The notes: a model not told the origin generated them from the sequence alone. Counted from the stretch's first letter, positions 30,208 to 41,760 are shown. The stretch is DNA of 64,000 nucleotides from Leptolyngbyaceae cyanobacterium (GCA_965263355.1 CBDHHL010000056.1:2112001-2176000), one strand, 5' to 3'. Numbers and translations are program-made.

Positions 30208-30657
30208 TTCAATTACAGCTTGAGCGGACACCATCAGCGTTGTCATTAACTCTGTCGTTACCCGACTCAGACCTAGCCCCATCGCCGATAGGATGAGGAT
30301 TGTGACAAAGGCTAAACTGTTCCCAACATCGCGAATCAATAATTCCACCCGCAGTAATAGCGACGCAGCCAACATCACTAGGAAGTAAATAAAAATCTGA
30401 ATCCAGGATACGACAACGACAGCTAGAGAGGCGATTATTAAGGCCATCACCGTATAACCAAAATCGGACTGAAATCCAAGTAAAAAGAAGTTACGTAAAG
30501 GCTGCCAAATAATGGTGAGGAAGGCTGATTCTATGACTGCATATCCTAAGGCTAGCCACCAGATAAAATCTGAACTATGACGAGCATGTAAAAAAGCCCC
30601 AAACCCCATATAGGCTAGTAGTAATAGAAGTGACGATAACCAGGGCAACTTTCTCAT
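30193..30657 (-). CDS. hypothetical integral membrane protein
   Basis: Several TM helices from MRKLPWLS; follows the NIL-ferredoxin gene. Confidence 0.7.
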   Translation of the reverse strand: MRKLPWLSSLLLLLAYMGFGAFLHARHSSDFIWWLALGYAVIESAFLTIIWQPLRNFFLLGFQSDFGYTVMALIIASLAVVVVSWIQIFIYFLVMLAASLLLRVELLIRDVGNSLAFVTILILSAMGLGLSRVTTELMTTLMVSAQAVIELWTI

Positions 30658-30665
30658 GAGTATCC

Positions 30666-31070
30666 TCAAAGATTGGTAGAAATTGCCTGAACCGGACAAG
30701 TGGGGATACATTGCTCGCAAACAATGCATTGGGCTCGGTCAAAAACCAGTTTGAAGCTTTCTGGATCTAGACGTAAAGCTCCCGTAGGGCAAACCCCTGT
30801 ACATAGGCCACAGTGAACACATAGGTCTTCGTCAATGAGGATCTCCCGACTAGATAGGGATACACCAATTCCCTGGTTACGCATCCATTCAATCGCTTCA
30901 TCGAGCTGATCGATATCGCCAGACAGCTCAATGACCCCTTTACCAACCTGATTCGGTGCCACCTGCGCACGAATGATATTGGCTGCCACATTAAAATCCT
31001 TGGCTAGCCGATAGGTGATTGGCATATTCACCGTCTGTTTTGGAAATGTCAAGGTAACGCGCTTTTTCAT
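30666..31070 (-). CDS. NIL domain / 4Fe-4S dicluster ferredoxin protein
   Basis: FNVAANIIRA NIL domain; CVHCGLCTGVCP and CIVCEQCIPTCP. Confidence 0.9.
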   Translation of the reverse strand: MKKRVTLTFPKQTVNMPITYRLAKDFNVAANIIRAQVAPNQVGKGVIELSGDIDQLDEAIEWMRNQGIGVSLSSREILIDEDLCVHCGLCTGVCPTGALRLDPESFKLVFDRAQCIVCEQCIPTCPVQAISTNL

Positions 31071-31123
31071 TCCGCTAGACTAAAGAAGACGCTGTCATGA
31101 CGCCACTGGCGCTTTTTTATTCT

Positions 31124-31699
31124 ATGTCGGTTAACTCTCCTGAATCTGGCGGTTTCGGACAACGATTACGAAATTTTGTGGTAGCAATTGTAGCCATAGT
31201 GCTGAGTATAGCTGTGGTCCTTGGATTACAGACCCGTACCCCATCGGCCTCTCTTTCAAATATGGCTGAGGAATCTGTACCGCTCAACAAAGCCATTACG
31301 AATGGCAAGCCTACGCTCGTGGAATTTTATGCGAACTGGTGCACTAGCTGTCAGTCGATGGCTGGAGATCTGCAGCTGTTAAAGGATGAGTATCAGCAGG
31401 ATGTAAATTTTGTCATGCTGAATGTGGACAATAATAAGTGGCTACCGGAAATGCTGCACTACCACGTAGATGGCATTCCTCACTTTGCGTTTCTGGATAA
31501 GGCAGGGAAAGATGCTGGAACAGCCATCGGTGAGGTACCCCGGGCAGTACTGGCAGAGAACTTAACTGCGTTAGTGGCAGCAGATAAACTACCCTATGTC
31601 CAGGCTGAAGGGCAAACCTCAGATGTAGATACTGCAACTTTTGAGCCGTCCGGTTCAGCAGATGACCCGCGTAGCCATGGCTCACAGGTAGTGCAGTAA
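31124..31699 (+). CDS. txlA: membrane-anchored thioredoxin-like protein (TxlA/HCF164-like)
   Basis: N-terminal TM helix, EFYANWCTSC, NVDNNKWLPE and DDPRSHG tail. Confidence 0.8.
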   Translation: MSVNSPESGGFGQRLRNFVVAIVAIVLSIAVVLGLQTRTPSASLSNMAEESVPLNKAITNGKPTLVEFYANWCTSCQSMAGDLQLLKDEYQQDVNFVMLNVDNNKWLPEMLHYHVDGIPHFAFLDKAGKDAGTAIGEVPRAVLAENLTALVAADKLPYVQAEGQTSDVDTATFEPSGSADDPRSHGSQVVQ

Positions 31700-31703
31700 A
31701 AGG

Positions 31704-32627
31704 CTATTCCACCACGATATCGCGCAGGGCTATGTCCACTTTGGGATAGGCAAATGAAAAGCCGGTAGCTTGTGTGCGCTCTGGTAAAACTTTCTGGCCT
31801 TCGAGAACAACAATTGCACCATCACCAAGCAGTGTCTCGATCACAAAGTCAGGCACTGGCAACCAAGAAGGTCGATTCATAACTTTACCCAAAGCATCGC
31901 ATAGCTCAGACATGCGAACGGGGTGGGGAGCGGTACCGTTGTAAACCCCAGACATATTTTCATCGATAAGCCCTTGCATAAAGAGGCTAACCAGATCGTC
32001 AAGATGGACCCAGGAAAACCATTGCTGACCGCTACCGATAGGGCCACCTGCATAGAGCCTAAACGGGGTGATCATTTTTGCGATCGCCCCCCCCATACCC
32101 AATACAATCCCAATGCGCACCGTGACCAACCGGGTGCCATGGGCACTCACTTTGTCTGCAGCCTGCTCCCATGCCTGACAGACTTGGGATAAAAAATCCT
32201 GCTTAATGGGCTCGCTAGTTTCGTAAAATTCTGCTGTTTCGCTGGTGCCATAGAAGCCAATTGCTGAAGCACTGACCAATACCTTAGGCTTGATATCCGC
32301 CTTGCCAATCGCCTCCACAACTTTCTCAGTGCCCTTCACCCGGCTATTCATAATTTCCCGCTTGCGTTCAGGTGTCCACCGTTCAGAAATAGCCTCGCCA
32401 GCCAGGTTAATCACCCCATCACAGCCAGAGATTGCAGCTTGCCAATCGCCGGAGACTTGAGGAGTATAGTTCACAATTTCGACATGCTTAAAGGCAGATA
32501 TAGGAAATACCTTCCTGGCTCGCTCAGAATTACGGGTAAATATCTTCACTTGATGCCCTGCATCATGAAGCCGCTGTACTAAACGTGAGCCAACAAATCC
32601 CGTTGCCCCAGTCACTGCCACTTTCAT
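31704..32627 (-). CDS. TIGR01777-family NAD-dependent epimerase/oxidoreductase
   Basis: TGATGFVG, NLAGEAISERW and GSGQQWFSWVHLDD. Confidence 0.88.
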   Translation of the reverse strand: MKVAVTGATGFVGSRLVQRLHDAGHQVKIFTRNSERARKVFPISAFKHVEIVNYTPQVSGDWQAAISGCDGVINLAGEAISERWTPERKREIMNSRVKGTEKVVEAIGKADIKPKVLVSASAIGFYGTSETAEFYETSEPIKQDFLSQVCQAWEQAADKVSAHGTRLVTVRIGIVLGMGGAIAKMITPFRLYAGGPIGSGQQWFSWVHLDDLVSLFMQGLIDENMSGVYNGTAPHPVRMSELCDALGKVMNRPSWLPVPDFVIETLLGDGAIVVLEGQKVLPERTQATGFSFAYPKVDIALRDIVVE

Positions 32628-32649
32628 CATCAAACACTCCCCTGGATGG

Positions 32650-33390
32650 CTACACAGCTGGCTTTTCCTCCATGGTAACGGCATTCGAACCCCGTTCAAA
32701 CCATGGCGCAATCCAATCAAAGTCAATTTCGTTTAAGTAGTCTACGGCCCAGGTAGCACGACGTTGAATCATATGATAAGGATAAATTTGGGCCACACCA
32801 ACCACCGGAATATTAGCTGCTTTAGCCGCTTCGATACCAGCAAAACACGACTCAATGGCTAAACAGTTTTGGCAAGTAAGTGCCAGATTTGGATCACGCA
32901 AGTTAAGCTGATCAATCGCTGCCAGATAACTATCTGGAGCTGGTTTGCTAGCAGAAACTGACATATCACTGGCAGAAACCACCAAAGAAAACTGATCGGT
33001 CAAATTAGCCGCTACCAAAACCTGGTCTACATCTGCTCGTTGCGCCCCAGTGACAATAGCTGTCATGTATTGCTTGCTACGAATTCGATACAACAGGTCA
33101 TCCAACCCAGCATAGAGGGCAAGCTTAGATTGCGTTCTCAACCATTCCCCATAGCTCTCAGACTTTTTTCGTAACAACCTATCTAAATAGTCATTCTGAA
33201 CAAACCGACCTCGTTTCTGTAAAATCGCCGTCAGTCGTGCCCGATCGCTCCGTCCCAGATACATCTCCTGGTATTCATCTGGGTCAAACCGCAGATTTTC
33301 TGCCAGCAGTAACTGAGCAATCAGCTGCGGATGAACCTTGTCATCATTGATGATGACACCGTGAAAACCGAAGAATATAACCTTGAGCAT
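32650..33390 (-). CDS. HAD-superfamily hydrolase-like protein with degenerate motif I
   Basis: SKPAPDSY and CLAIESCFAGIEAAKAA; motif I reads FGFHGV instead of FDxDG. Confidence 0.8.
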   Translation of the reverse strand: MLKVIFFGFHGVIINDDKVHPQLIAQLLLAENLRFDPDEYQEMYLGRSDRARLTAILQKRGRFVQNDYLDRLLRKKSESYGEWLRTQSKLALYAGLDDLLYRIRSKQYMTAIVTGAQRADVDQVLVAANLTDQFSLVVSASDMSVSASKPAPDSYLAAIDQLNLRDPNLALTCQNCLAIESCFAGIEAAKAANIPVVGVAQIYPYHMIQRRATWAVDYLNEIDFDWIAPWFERGSNAVTMEEKPAV

Positions 33391-33585
33391 TGTGCCAAAT
33401 GACTCGATTAGCGGTCTAAAAAAACACTCCAAAAGAGGAGAAGCTGACGCTCCATCTGCGCCACCCTAATTCAATATGAAAGACGTCCGTAAATAAGACA
33501 CCAAGTATGTCAATAACCCTTTAGTATTAAATATTACTCCTTGGGGAATTCTTAAGGAATGAGCTTCAACCTTCCGGTTTAGTCC

Positions 33586-34041
33586 ATGAGGTTTGTAACT
33601 ATGCATCTGCTTTCTAAAAAAAATGTGATAAGTCCAACATCCATCCCTGTGATTTTACATTGGTGGCAACGGCGCAAGCGTCGTGCTAACTCAGGCGATG
33701 TCTTGAGTCGTCCCGTTGTGAAAAACGTTGATTCTAGCTATTTAGATCAGTACCAGCGGCTGATGAATGTCTATGCTGTGGTTAAGTCTGGTGGCGCTGC
33801 TGCCCAAATCCAGGCAGCCAATGAGTACTGGAATCGCGAACGTGATGCCATTACCCGCCGTCTTAACCAAATTAGCAATCAACCCGAAGCTACCGACGAA
33901 TATCTTCGACTCCAGCACGAAGCTCAGGAGTTAGAAAGTTCTACTCGATGGCGCATTAGCCAGCTTAAGGAAATTCACCCTGAGGAAGAAACCGCTGTAC
34001 GGAAGTATTTGCCGGAAATCGAACAAGTGTTGATCCGGTAA
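33586..34041 (+). CDS. hypothetical coiled-coil protein
   Basis: Clean 151-aa ORF. Confidence 0.6.
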   Translation: MRFVTMHLLSKKNVISPTSIPVILHWWQRRKRRANSGDVLSRPVVKNVDSSYLDQYQRLMNVYAVVKSGGAAAQIQAANEYWNRERDAITRRLNQISNQPEATDEYLRLQHEAQELESSTRWRISQLKEIHPEEETAVRKYLPEIEQVLIR

Positions 34042-34064
34042 ACAGGATTGAGCACATTGAGCAC

Positions 34065-34098
34065 ATATAGGGGGCATTGCATGCAATGCCCCCTATAT
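34065..34098. repeat. REP-like perfect palindrome
   Basis: ATATAGGGGGCATTGCATGCAATGCCCCCTATAT. Confidence 0.7.
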
Positions 34099-34159
34099 CT
34101 GTTAGGCATATTTCCTAGGGATGTTAAAACACTAAAAACACCCTACAGGCAAAAAACCT

Positions 34160-35680
34160 ATGGAATACGACATTGTTGTCATTGGTAGCGGCATTGGTGG
34201 TCTGGTGGCCGCAGGACTACTCGCTCGCTACGGTCGCCGGGTGTTAGTGTGCGAAAGTCACATGTTGCCGGGTGGGGCTGCCCACGCGTTTAAACGGCAG
34301 GGATTTATCTTTGACTCAGGGCCATCCTTTTATTGCGGATTAGCTGACCCCAGCTCCTGCAATCCCTTACGGGAAGTCTTAAATATCCTGGGTGAACCGA
34401 TTGAAGCCATCGCTTACGACCCGTTAGGCCATTACCACTTTCCCGATAGAACTCTGGCAATTTACGGCAATACTGAACGATATCGAGCCTCTCTTGCTGA
34501 GTTTAATCTCCAGGCAGCACAAGAGTTACAGGCGTTGACTAAAAAAATGTTAGCCATTTATCAGCCCCTGGCCGCAATTCCCGTCTTGGCCCTGAGAGCA
34601 GATGGCTGGTTACTCCCTTTACTGGCACAGCGATGCCCCAAAGCTATGCTCCAGATGTTGCCTCAGCTCAGAGGATTAGGGCGATCCATGGGGGACTTTG
34701 TGGATGAAACGGTGCGGGATCCATGGCTACGACGGCTGATTGATTTGGAATGCTTTTTGCTGTCTGGCATGAAAGCCCATGATACTGTTGCTCCTGAAAT
34801 GGCCTTTATGTTTGGGGAACGTGCCACATCAGTGATCGATTATCCCATCGGCGGCAGTGGCGCTTTAGTCGAGGCCCTCATACGAGGTCTAAAACGCTGG
34901 GGCGGCTCACTCCAACTGGGTAGCCATGTGAGCAAAATTTGGGTGGACCATAATCAAGTTCAGGGGGTGGAACTTGATTGTGGTGATCGAATTCGGGCTG
35001 AGACAGTAATCTCTAATGCCACCCTGTGGGATACCTACAATAATCTACTCGATGAAACCGATCTGCCTGTCAGCTATCGCCAAAAATTATTAGCTACTCC
35101 AGCCGTGGATAGTTTTATGCATCTACATCTGGGTATTCGAGCGACCGGCCTGGAGGATTTAACCACCCACCATGTCGTGGTGCATGACCTGGACCAGGAT
35201 ATTACGGCCCCTGGCAACACCTGCATGATTTCGATTCCATCAGTGCTGGATCCTTCCCTGGCACCGATAGGCCATCACGTGATTCATGCCTATACTCTTG
35301 AACCTTGGCATGGTTGGCAGCGAGGTACGGATTACGCTTCCAGAAAAGCAGCCAAGGTTCAACCTCTGATCCGAGCCTTGAAGAAAGTGATACCAGATAT
35401 TTGCGATCGCATTGTCCTCAAACTGATCGGTACTCCCCTCACCCACCAGCGTTTTCTCCGGCGACATCAAGGCACCTATGGACCTGCCATCGCCGCTGGT
35501 CAGGGTCTCTTCCCAGGCCATAAAACCCCCATCAAAGGCTTGTACAGAGTAGGTGATAGCACCCTTCCCGGTATCGGTGTGCCCGCCGTTGCTGCCTCAG
35601 GTATTCTCTGTGCCAATAGCCTGGTTAGCCCCAAAGAATCCACGGCATTGCTAGACTTACAGCCAACCAAATCTACCTAA
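34160..35680 (+). CDS. FAD-dependent oxidoreductase of the phytoene desaturase / carotenoid isomerase family
   Basis: VIGSGIGGL, FDSGPS, GTYGPA and GDSTLPGIGVPAVAASG. Confidence 0.88.
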   Translation: MEYDIVVIGSGIGGLVAAGLLARYGRRVLVCESHMLPGGAAHAFKRQGFIFDSGPSFYCGLADPSSCNPLREVLNILGEPIEAIAYDPLGHYHFPDRTLAIYGNTERYRASLAEFNLQAAQELQALTKKMLAIYQPLAAIPVLALRADGWLLPLLAQRCPKAMLQMLPQLRGLGRSMGDFVDETVRDPWLRRLIDLECFLLSGMKAHDTVAPEMAFMFGERATSVIDYPIGGSGALVEALIRGLKRWGGSLQLGSHVSKIWVDHNQVQGVELDCGDRIRAETVISNATLWDTYNNLLDETDLPVSYRQKLLATPAVDSFMHLHLGIRATGLEDLTTHHVVVHDLDQDITAPGNTCMISIPSVLDPSLAPIGHHVIHAYTLEPWHGWQRGTDYASRKAAKVQPLIRALKKVIPDICDRIVLKLIGTPLTHQRFLRRHQGTYGPAIAAGQGLFPGHKTPIKGLYRVGDSTLPGIGVPAVAASGILCANSLVSPKESTALLDLQPTKST

Positions 35681-35697
35681 CCATTACGAGGTATTTA

Positions 35698-35737
35698 CCC
35701 CATGTAGGTAAATTGCCTGCAATTTACCTACATGGGG
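35698..35737. repeat. REP-like palindrome between convergent genes
   Basis: CCCCATGTAGGTAAATTGC-CT-GCAATTTACCTACATGGGG. Confidence 0.65.
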
Positions 35738-35751
35738 ATCTGTCACAATCT

Positions 35752-37560
35752 TTAAATCCAAGGTAAGCCCATCGGCCAATAGAGTACTGTAATCGAAACC
35801 TGTTCTTGACGTAAAAAGGCCATCATCCGGCGATGCACATTACCGACAGACTGCCGTGCCTCAAAGGTCTTTAAATGCATCCAGGAACGCAAAGTCTCAC
35901 CTTCAGCGCGCGCTTGTTCAGGTGCTACGGTTCTCAACCAGCCTTGGACACTAGCAGGCAAGGTTTGAGTCATCCGCACCGGTAACCTCCCCGTAGAAAA
36001 CCGTTGGGCATAGGCAGGTTCTAAAAAGACCCTGTAAGTTTCGGCGGCATCAGTCTGCTGCATCGCCACGCTAAGGGCAAGCGCCTTTAAGTACTCCCTT
36101 AACATAACCGTTTGTTCACCCGATAATTCTGGCATAAACGGAATCTGGGTGAGGGCTTCATTCACATTTTCAGGATCACCCACACTCAAATGGGTTCCAC
36201 CAATCACCGCAATCAAATGATTGTCTGCTCCTGTAAGCTGATTAAACGGTCCTAGCTGCTGGGCTAATGTCGGAGTCACACCGTCTTTGGTGCCAGTCAA
36301 AATAATGCTGGGGACATCCACATTTGCTAAACCTTTACGACCAAATAACCGTCCCACTAGTGGATTCATCGCAATTACTTGGGTAATCCGCCTATCACTC
36401 AGGTCTGCTGTGACTTCAGGCAACTCTACTGCGGCGCACTGGAGCCAATCAGCTGGCGACAACCCCACGGGTGTCAAGCTGTCACAAAATGAGGGCAATG
36501 CCGATACATCTAACTTTGCCCCGGCCAGGGCAAAGCCGGTATAACCGCCCAAGGAATGGCCAATTAGCACTACCTCTTGTGGATCAAACTTACCTGCCAA
36601 CATGGGTGACACCTGTTCCATCCATTCCAGACGGTCCAGGACATAGGAAACATCACGAGGCCGATCCAGAAACTCACTGGCTGGCAAAATTCGGCTAGGA
36701 TCCTCAATCGCACCAGGATCCAAGGGCGTATTATTGAGGGCTTCAACGTTACTGCCCACATGCTCTACAGCTACCACAGTCAAACCATGGGAGGCCAAGT
36801 GTTCACCAATATAGGTTAGAAAGCGTCGATCGGCTGCAAATCCATGGGACAGGACTAAAAGTGGTGCATCGTCCAAAACAGTCTGCTCTGGCACATACAC
36901 ATCTATGGGAATTAACCGGTTGTTGCGATCGCTATCAATAAACTTAAACGAACGCTGGGTCACAGCCACCGAGCCATCCGCAGTGGGATCCAGGTCATCT
37001 GGTAAATCGATATCATCACTGACCAGCAGTTCTTGCTCCAGAACACTGCTCAACGCATCTCCTTCCAGTCGCGATAGATTGAGCTGTGACACCAGCGCCA
37101 GAGCTGCCGTTAAATCCACATCTAACGTTTGCTGGGGCACAGCCCGCAATACCCCAAGCATATTTAAGCCATTGGTCTGTTTAGCTGCTAAGCGAATGGC
37201 TCCCCGAATTTGCTCTACCGTCAGCCCAGGTGCCACACGAGCTAAAGAATCCAGCAATAACTCACCATTGGGCGATGCCAAAATATCAGCCACCATCCGA
37301 TCTGCCATAGCTGGATTCAACGCCACCCGATTATTGAGCATTGTCCGGAGTTCAGGCGTCAAAAACGACTGGTAAAGCCTCAAACGCGATGGTACCTGAC
37401 CTGTTTTAGCAAATTCTTCCAAATCACTGACATAAACTGTCTGCTTAATGGGACCTATTTGAATATTGACCCGCTCTGCGGCTTGCGCTGGCGCACATAG
37501 CACTACCCCCACCGCCATAGCACTACTCCATAAAACAGACCGCCATCGCTGCCACTTCAT
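35752..37560 (-). CDS. DUF1400 plus alpha/beta hydrolase, secreted
   Basis: Signal peptide ending AQAAE, then LSHGF, GHSLGG and GGTHLS. Confidence 0.85.
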   Translation of the reverse strand: MKWQRWRSVLWSSAMAVGVVLCAPAQAAERVNIQIGPIKQTVYVSDLEEFAKTGQVPSRLRLYQSFLTPELRTMLNNRVALNPAMADRMVADILASPNGELLLDSLARVAPGLTVEQIRGAIRLAAKQTNGLNMLGVLRAVPQQTLDVDLTAALALVSQLNLSRLEGDALSSVLEQELLVSDDIDLPDDLDPTADGSVAVTQRSFKFIDSDRNNRLIPIDVYVPEQTVLDDAPLLVLSHGFAADRRFLTYIGEHLASHGLTVVAVEHVGSNVEALNNTPLDPGAIEDPSRILPASEFLDRPRDVSYVLDRLEWMEQVSPMLAGKFDPQEVVLIGHSLGGYTGFALAGAKLDVSALPSFCDSLTPVGLSPADWLQCAAVELPEVTADLSDRRITQVIAMNPLVGRLFGRKGLANVDVPSIILTGTKDGVTPTLAQQLGPFNQLTGADNHLIAVIGGTHLSVGDPENVNEALTQIPFMPELSGEQTVMLREYLKALALSVAMQQTDAAETYRVFLEPAYAQRFSTGRLPVRMTQTLPASVQGWLRTVAPEQARAEGETLRSWMHLKTFEARQSVGNVHRRMMAFLRQEQVSITVLYWPMGLPWI

Positions 37561-37793
37561 CAGCTTGAGACCGTTGATCAACGGTAGTAACTGGACAAGC
37601 CGAGGCGATTGAATCGCCGCACGCGCAGGATGGATCATAGTCGAACGGAAATAGATAAGCGGACGATGGGAAGGTAAGCTCCTAGTCACAAAGGCACAGC
37701 CCTACCAACAGCTATATAATCGCCAAATCATTACTTAAGATAGCAATCAAAACTAGAGGTTATCGGTTGCTAATGTAGCGAACTGATAGGACT

Positions 37794-37874
37794 TAACCCC
37801 TGTCTAAGTGACAACCACTCGTTTCTTCTACAGAAAAACGACAGGTCTGGATGTGGACAAGATTTGGATAGAAA
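37794..37874 (+). repeat. ~80-bp dispersed repeat, copy 2
   Basis: Homologous to 14180-14260. Confidence 0.7.
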
Positions 37875-37937
37875 CTACAACGTTACTTCATCACAAACAG
37901 TCACAATGCCGGAAGACACTTAAATAATGACTAAATA

Positions 37938-38432
37938 ATGACCAGTCAACGCATTATTGGCATCATGGGTCCAGGAAACGACGCTCAAGACCCTGAAAGA
38001 CAGATGGCCTATGCCTTGGGCAGAGCCGTTGCTCAACAAGGTTGGATAGTGCTCACAGGGGGACGTCCGATAGGCGTCATGGCAGCTGCCAGTCAAGGTG
38101 CAGCCTCTGTAGGAGGTACTGTCTTGGGCATTTTACCGGATGGAGAGGGGAATCATGTGGCCCAAGGAGTCACTCTGCCCATCATCACTGGCATGGGCAA
38201 TGCTCGCAATACAATCAATGTCCTCTCTAGTCATGGCATTATTGCTTGCGGTCTGGGATTGGGAACTGTTTCTGAAATTGCCCTGGCCCTTAAGGCCCAC
38301 AAGCCCGTAGTCCTGATGCCCCATAATCCACTAGCAAAGTCATTCTTTGCATCGCTATCCCCAGGTCAATTTCACATGACAGATAATATAAATCTTTGTA
38401 TCAAGTATTTAAGGTCAGCGTTACATTGCTAA
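37938..38432 (+). CDS. TIGR00725 / LOG-like Rossmann-fold protein
   Basis: LTGG..GVM, TGMGNARN and GTVSEIALA. Confidence 0.85.
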   Translation: MTSQRIIGIMGPGNDAQDPERQMAYALGRAVAQQGWIVLTGGRPIGVMAAASQGAASVGGTVLGILPDGEGNHVAQGVTLPIITGMGNARNTINVLSSHGIIACGLGLGTVSEIALALKAHKPVVLMPHNPLAKSFFASLSPGQFHMTDNINLCIKYLRSALHC

Positions 38433-38460
38433 ACCTACGGAGGTATTGCCTGAAATGCCC

Positions 38461-39519
38461 CTATTGGTTTCGTTTCAAATCAGTCTGAAACCCTTGCCGC
38501 TGCAATAATCGCCGTCGTCGCTGTCGGGCTAATGCCTGTAGATCGACATTCCGGTCAGTTTCATCGACAATTTCACCAATCAGCACTTCCAGCACATCTT
38601 CCAGGGTCACCACTCCAGATACTCCCCCATACTCATCTACTACAATCATCAAGTGCTCACGGGCAGTTTGAAAGGTTTTGAGTAACTTATCGGCACGCTC
38701 AGTGGCTGGAATATAGCGAGCCTGACGCATACAGCTGGTAACTGGGTCTTGGCCTCGGCCCTGCACTAGAGCAGCCAATAATTCAGCCTTTAGAGCCACC
38801 CCCAGCACATCGTCCAATTCTTCCCCCGTGACAATGATGCGACTATGTTGCGACTGCATGATTTCTTGCTGGGCCGATTCCAGAGACTGGTTGCCCTGAA
38901 TGTAGGTAATGGCTACCCGCGGCGTCATGATATCTTTGGCAGCGATATCATTCATCCGAAAAACCTTTTGGATCATTTCTGCTTCGTCATCTTCGATCAA
39001 GCCTTCTTGATAGCCCAACATTGCCAAAAGCTTGATCTCAGCTTCATTGGTGACGGGACGTTGATGACCTCGGACCAGGGGTGCCGTTAATTTCTCTAGT
39101 ACTAAAATAATTGGCGTCATGAGCCAGGTGAGGCTGCGAACAGGCATGGCCACCAGCAAAGCAAACTGCTCAGCGTACCGCTCACCAATGGTTTTTGGAA
39201 CGATTTCGGCAAATAAAATAATCAAAAATGTGAGTATGCCAGAAAAAATACCTAGCATCAGGTTGCCAAATAGATCTGCAGCAATGCGGCTGACGACAAA
39301 ACTACCGACAATGTTAAAAATATTGTTGAGGATAACAATGGTAGCGATCGGTCGACTGACCTTTTCTCGAATTGAGAGTAAGGCAAGGGTAGCTGGATGA
39401 CGATTTTGGGCCAGTTGTCGAGCTTTGAGTAAGGGAATAGACAGCAATGCTACTTCAGTACCTGAACAGATAGCGGAACCGATAATAACGATCAAAACGG
39501 CGATCGCAAGTTGGGCCAT
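38461..39519 (-). CDS. hemolysin-family CNNM/CBS domain protein
   Basis: SGTEVAL, AEIVPK, MTPR and VVDEYGGVSGVVTLEDVLE. Confidence 0.9.
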   Translation of the reverse strand: MAQLAIAVLIVIIGSAICSGTEVALLSIPLLKARQLAQNRHPATLALLSIREKVSRPIATIVILNNIFNIVGSFVVSRIAADLFGNLMLGIFSGILTFLIILFAEIVPKTIGERYAEQFALLVAMPVRSLTWLMTPIILVLEKLTAPLVRGHQRPVTNEAEIKLLAMLGYQEGLIEDDEAEMIQKVFRMNDIAAKDIMTPRVAITYIQGNQSLESAQQEIMQSQHSRIIVTGEELDDVLGVALKAELLAALVQGRGQDPVTSCMRQARYIPATERADKLLKTFQTAREHLMIVVDEYGGVSGVVTLEDVLEVLIGEIVDETDRNVDLQALARQRRRRLLQRQGFQTDLKRNQ

Positions 39520-39861
39520 GGTGAAAATAGAGACAACATGTAATTATCAATGGCGAAGGATTGCTATGATGCTGGACTAAGCACGTACAATCGCCCAATG
39601 TGCGTTTTGCCCATGAGGCATGGACATTTTGCAAAAGCAGTGGCTAGTTCACAATACCGATCCTTGCATATTCGCACTAGCGCAGATTTGCCAAAGTCCC
39701 AACGGTTGACTCTACCTCTAACTATAGTTGGCTTACTCCCAATAAATACACAGACAACGCCGCGTTTTCTTACATCATCAAGAATTAAGACTTAAACTAG
39801 GATATTTGACTTCTTAGGGCAGTTCTACCCGTTCTTTATCGATTAACACCAACTACCATCC

Positions 39862-41760
39862 ATGAGCACAACTATCCTTGACGTCCGTAACCTAAAGGTC
39901 GAATTCGATACCGCCAATGGCGTGATCAAGGCAGTTGATGGCATTTCATTTCAGGTGCAACGGGGTAAAACCCTTGGCATTGTTGGTGAGTCAGGCTCGG
40001 GTAAATCCGTTACATCGCTATCCATCATGGATTTGGTGCCTAATCCCCCCGGACGAATTACCAATGGCGAAATCCTGTTTTCAGCCCAACCAGATACCCC
40101 TGCTGTTAATTTGCGCCAAGCCTCGCCCAAGCAAATGCAAACCTATCGGGGTAGTCAAATATCCATGATTTTTCAGGAGCCGATGAGCTCCTTAAATCCG
40201 GTTTATACCTGTGGTTTTCAACTGGTTGAAGCAATTCGACAGCACCAGCCTGTTACCAAGGATGAGGCCGAAAAAAGGGTTATTGCCAGCTTGCAAGAGG
40301 TCAAACTACTACCCAGCGATGACGATTTAGCTGTCCAAGTCGCCACGGAACAACATCTCAAGGACCGCCATACTATTGGGCGCGCAGTACAGCAGCGTAA
40401 AAGAGCAATGCTAAAGCGCTATCCCCATCAGCTCTCGGGTGGTCAGCTACAGCGGGTGATGATTGCCATGGCTATTGCCTGTAATCCAGCTCTCTTGATT
40501 GCAGATGAACCGACTACAGCCTTGGATGTCACTGTTCAAGCCCTAATTCTAGATTTACTGCGGGATTTACGGGATCGTCGCTCCATGTCGATGATTTTTA
40601 TCACCCACGACTTGGGCACTATTGCCGAAATTGCTGACGATGTAGCGGTAATGTATCGTGGCAAAATCGTCGAATATGGACCCGTTGACCAAATTTTTGC
40701 CAATCCGAACCATCCTTATACTAAAGGCCTCTTAGCCTGTCGGCCTCAGCCTGAGCAACGGTTACGCAAACTACCCACCGTGGCTGACTACATGCAAGTC
40801 CAAGATGAACCGGAAGGCGAATTTAAGATCTTTGCTCGCCATTGTGACGATGATGAAGCGGCTGCCCTGACGGCAGAAGTGACCGCCGATGAAATGGTCA
40901 GTCGACTAGAACAGCTTAAAGGCGAAACCCCTCTGGTCACAGTACAAAATCTGAAAGTGGGCTATCCAGTCAAAGGGGTCTTTGGTCAAACAACCCGTAC
41001 ATTGCTAGCCGTTGATGATGTTTCCTTTGACGTGTATAAAGGTGAAACCTTTGGCCTGGTAGGCGAATCGGGCTGTGGTAAAACAACCCTGGGGCGTGCC
41101 TTGCTACGGTTGGTAAACCCCATGGCAGGCAACATTTTCTTTGAGGGACGCAACATTGGCCAGCTACCAAAAGGGGAAATGCGCCAACTGCGCCGTGAGA
41201 TGCAGGTGATTTTTCAAGATCCCTTTAGCTCTCTGGATCCACGGATGAGCATTGGCAAGGCTATCGCTGAACCGTTAAAAATTCATCAAGTGATTCGTAG
41301 TCGTCGTAATCTCAAAGAACGGGTGGCTTATCTATTAGAGCGAGTGGATATCGACCCAGGCTGTGTGAATCGCTTTCCCCATGAATTTTCCGGTGGGCAG
41401 CGGCAGCGTATTTGTATTGCTCGTGCCTTGGCGCTTAATCCCAAGTTTATTATCTGTGATGAGTCGGTTTCTGCCCTGGATGTATCGGTACAGGCCCAGG
41501 TACTTAATCTGCTGAAGGAGTTACAAGCAGAGTTTGGTCTTACCTATGTATTTATTTCCCATGATTTGGGTGTCGTGAAATTTATGAGCGATCGCATCAT
41601 GGTGATGAACCAGGGTCGGCTTGAAGAATTAGGCCCCGCCGATGAGATTTACAATAATCCACAGCAAGAATACACCAAGCAACTGATTTCCGCGATTCCC
41701 GCTGGCACGCTGGAGCGGATTCAGGAATTGAAAATGGCAAGGGCTGCGATCGCCTCCTAA
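39862..41760 (+). CDS. peptide/nickel ABC transporter ATP-binding protein with two fused ATPase domains
   Basis: GESGSGKS and [13 protein letters not shown] and FSGGQ, HPYT. Confidence 0.93.
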   Translation: MSTTILDVRNLKVEFDTANGVIKAVDGISFQVQRGKTLGIVGESGSGKSVTSLSIMDLVPNPPGRITNGEILFSAQPDTPAVNLRQASPKQMQTYRGSQISMIFQEPMSSLNPVYTCGFQLVEAIRQHQPVTKDEAEKRVIASLQEVKLLPSDDDLAVQVATEQHLKDRHTIGRAVQQRKRAMLKRYPHQLSGGQLQRVMIAMAIACNPALLIADEPTTALDVTVQALILDLLRDLRDRRSMSMIFITHDLGTIAEIADDVAVMYRGKIVEYGPVDQIFANPNHPYTKGLLACRPQPEQRLRKLPTVADYMQVQDEPEGEFKIFARHCDDDEAAALTAEVTADEMVSRLEQLKGETPLVTVQNLKVGYPVKGVFGQTTRTLLAVDDVSFDVYKGETFGLVGESGCGKTTLGRALLRLVNPMAGNIFFEGRNIGQLPKGEMRQLRREMQVIFQDPFSSLDPRMSIGKAIAEPLKIHQVIRSRRNLKERVAYLLERVDIDPGCVNRFPHEFSGGQRQRICIARALALNPKFIICDESVSALDVSVQAQVLNLLKELQAEFGLTYVFISHDLGVVKFMSDRIMVMNQGRLEELGPADEIYNNPQQEYTKQLISAIPAGTLERIQELKMARAAIAS

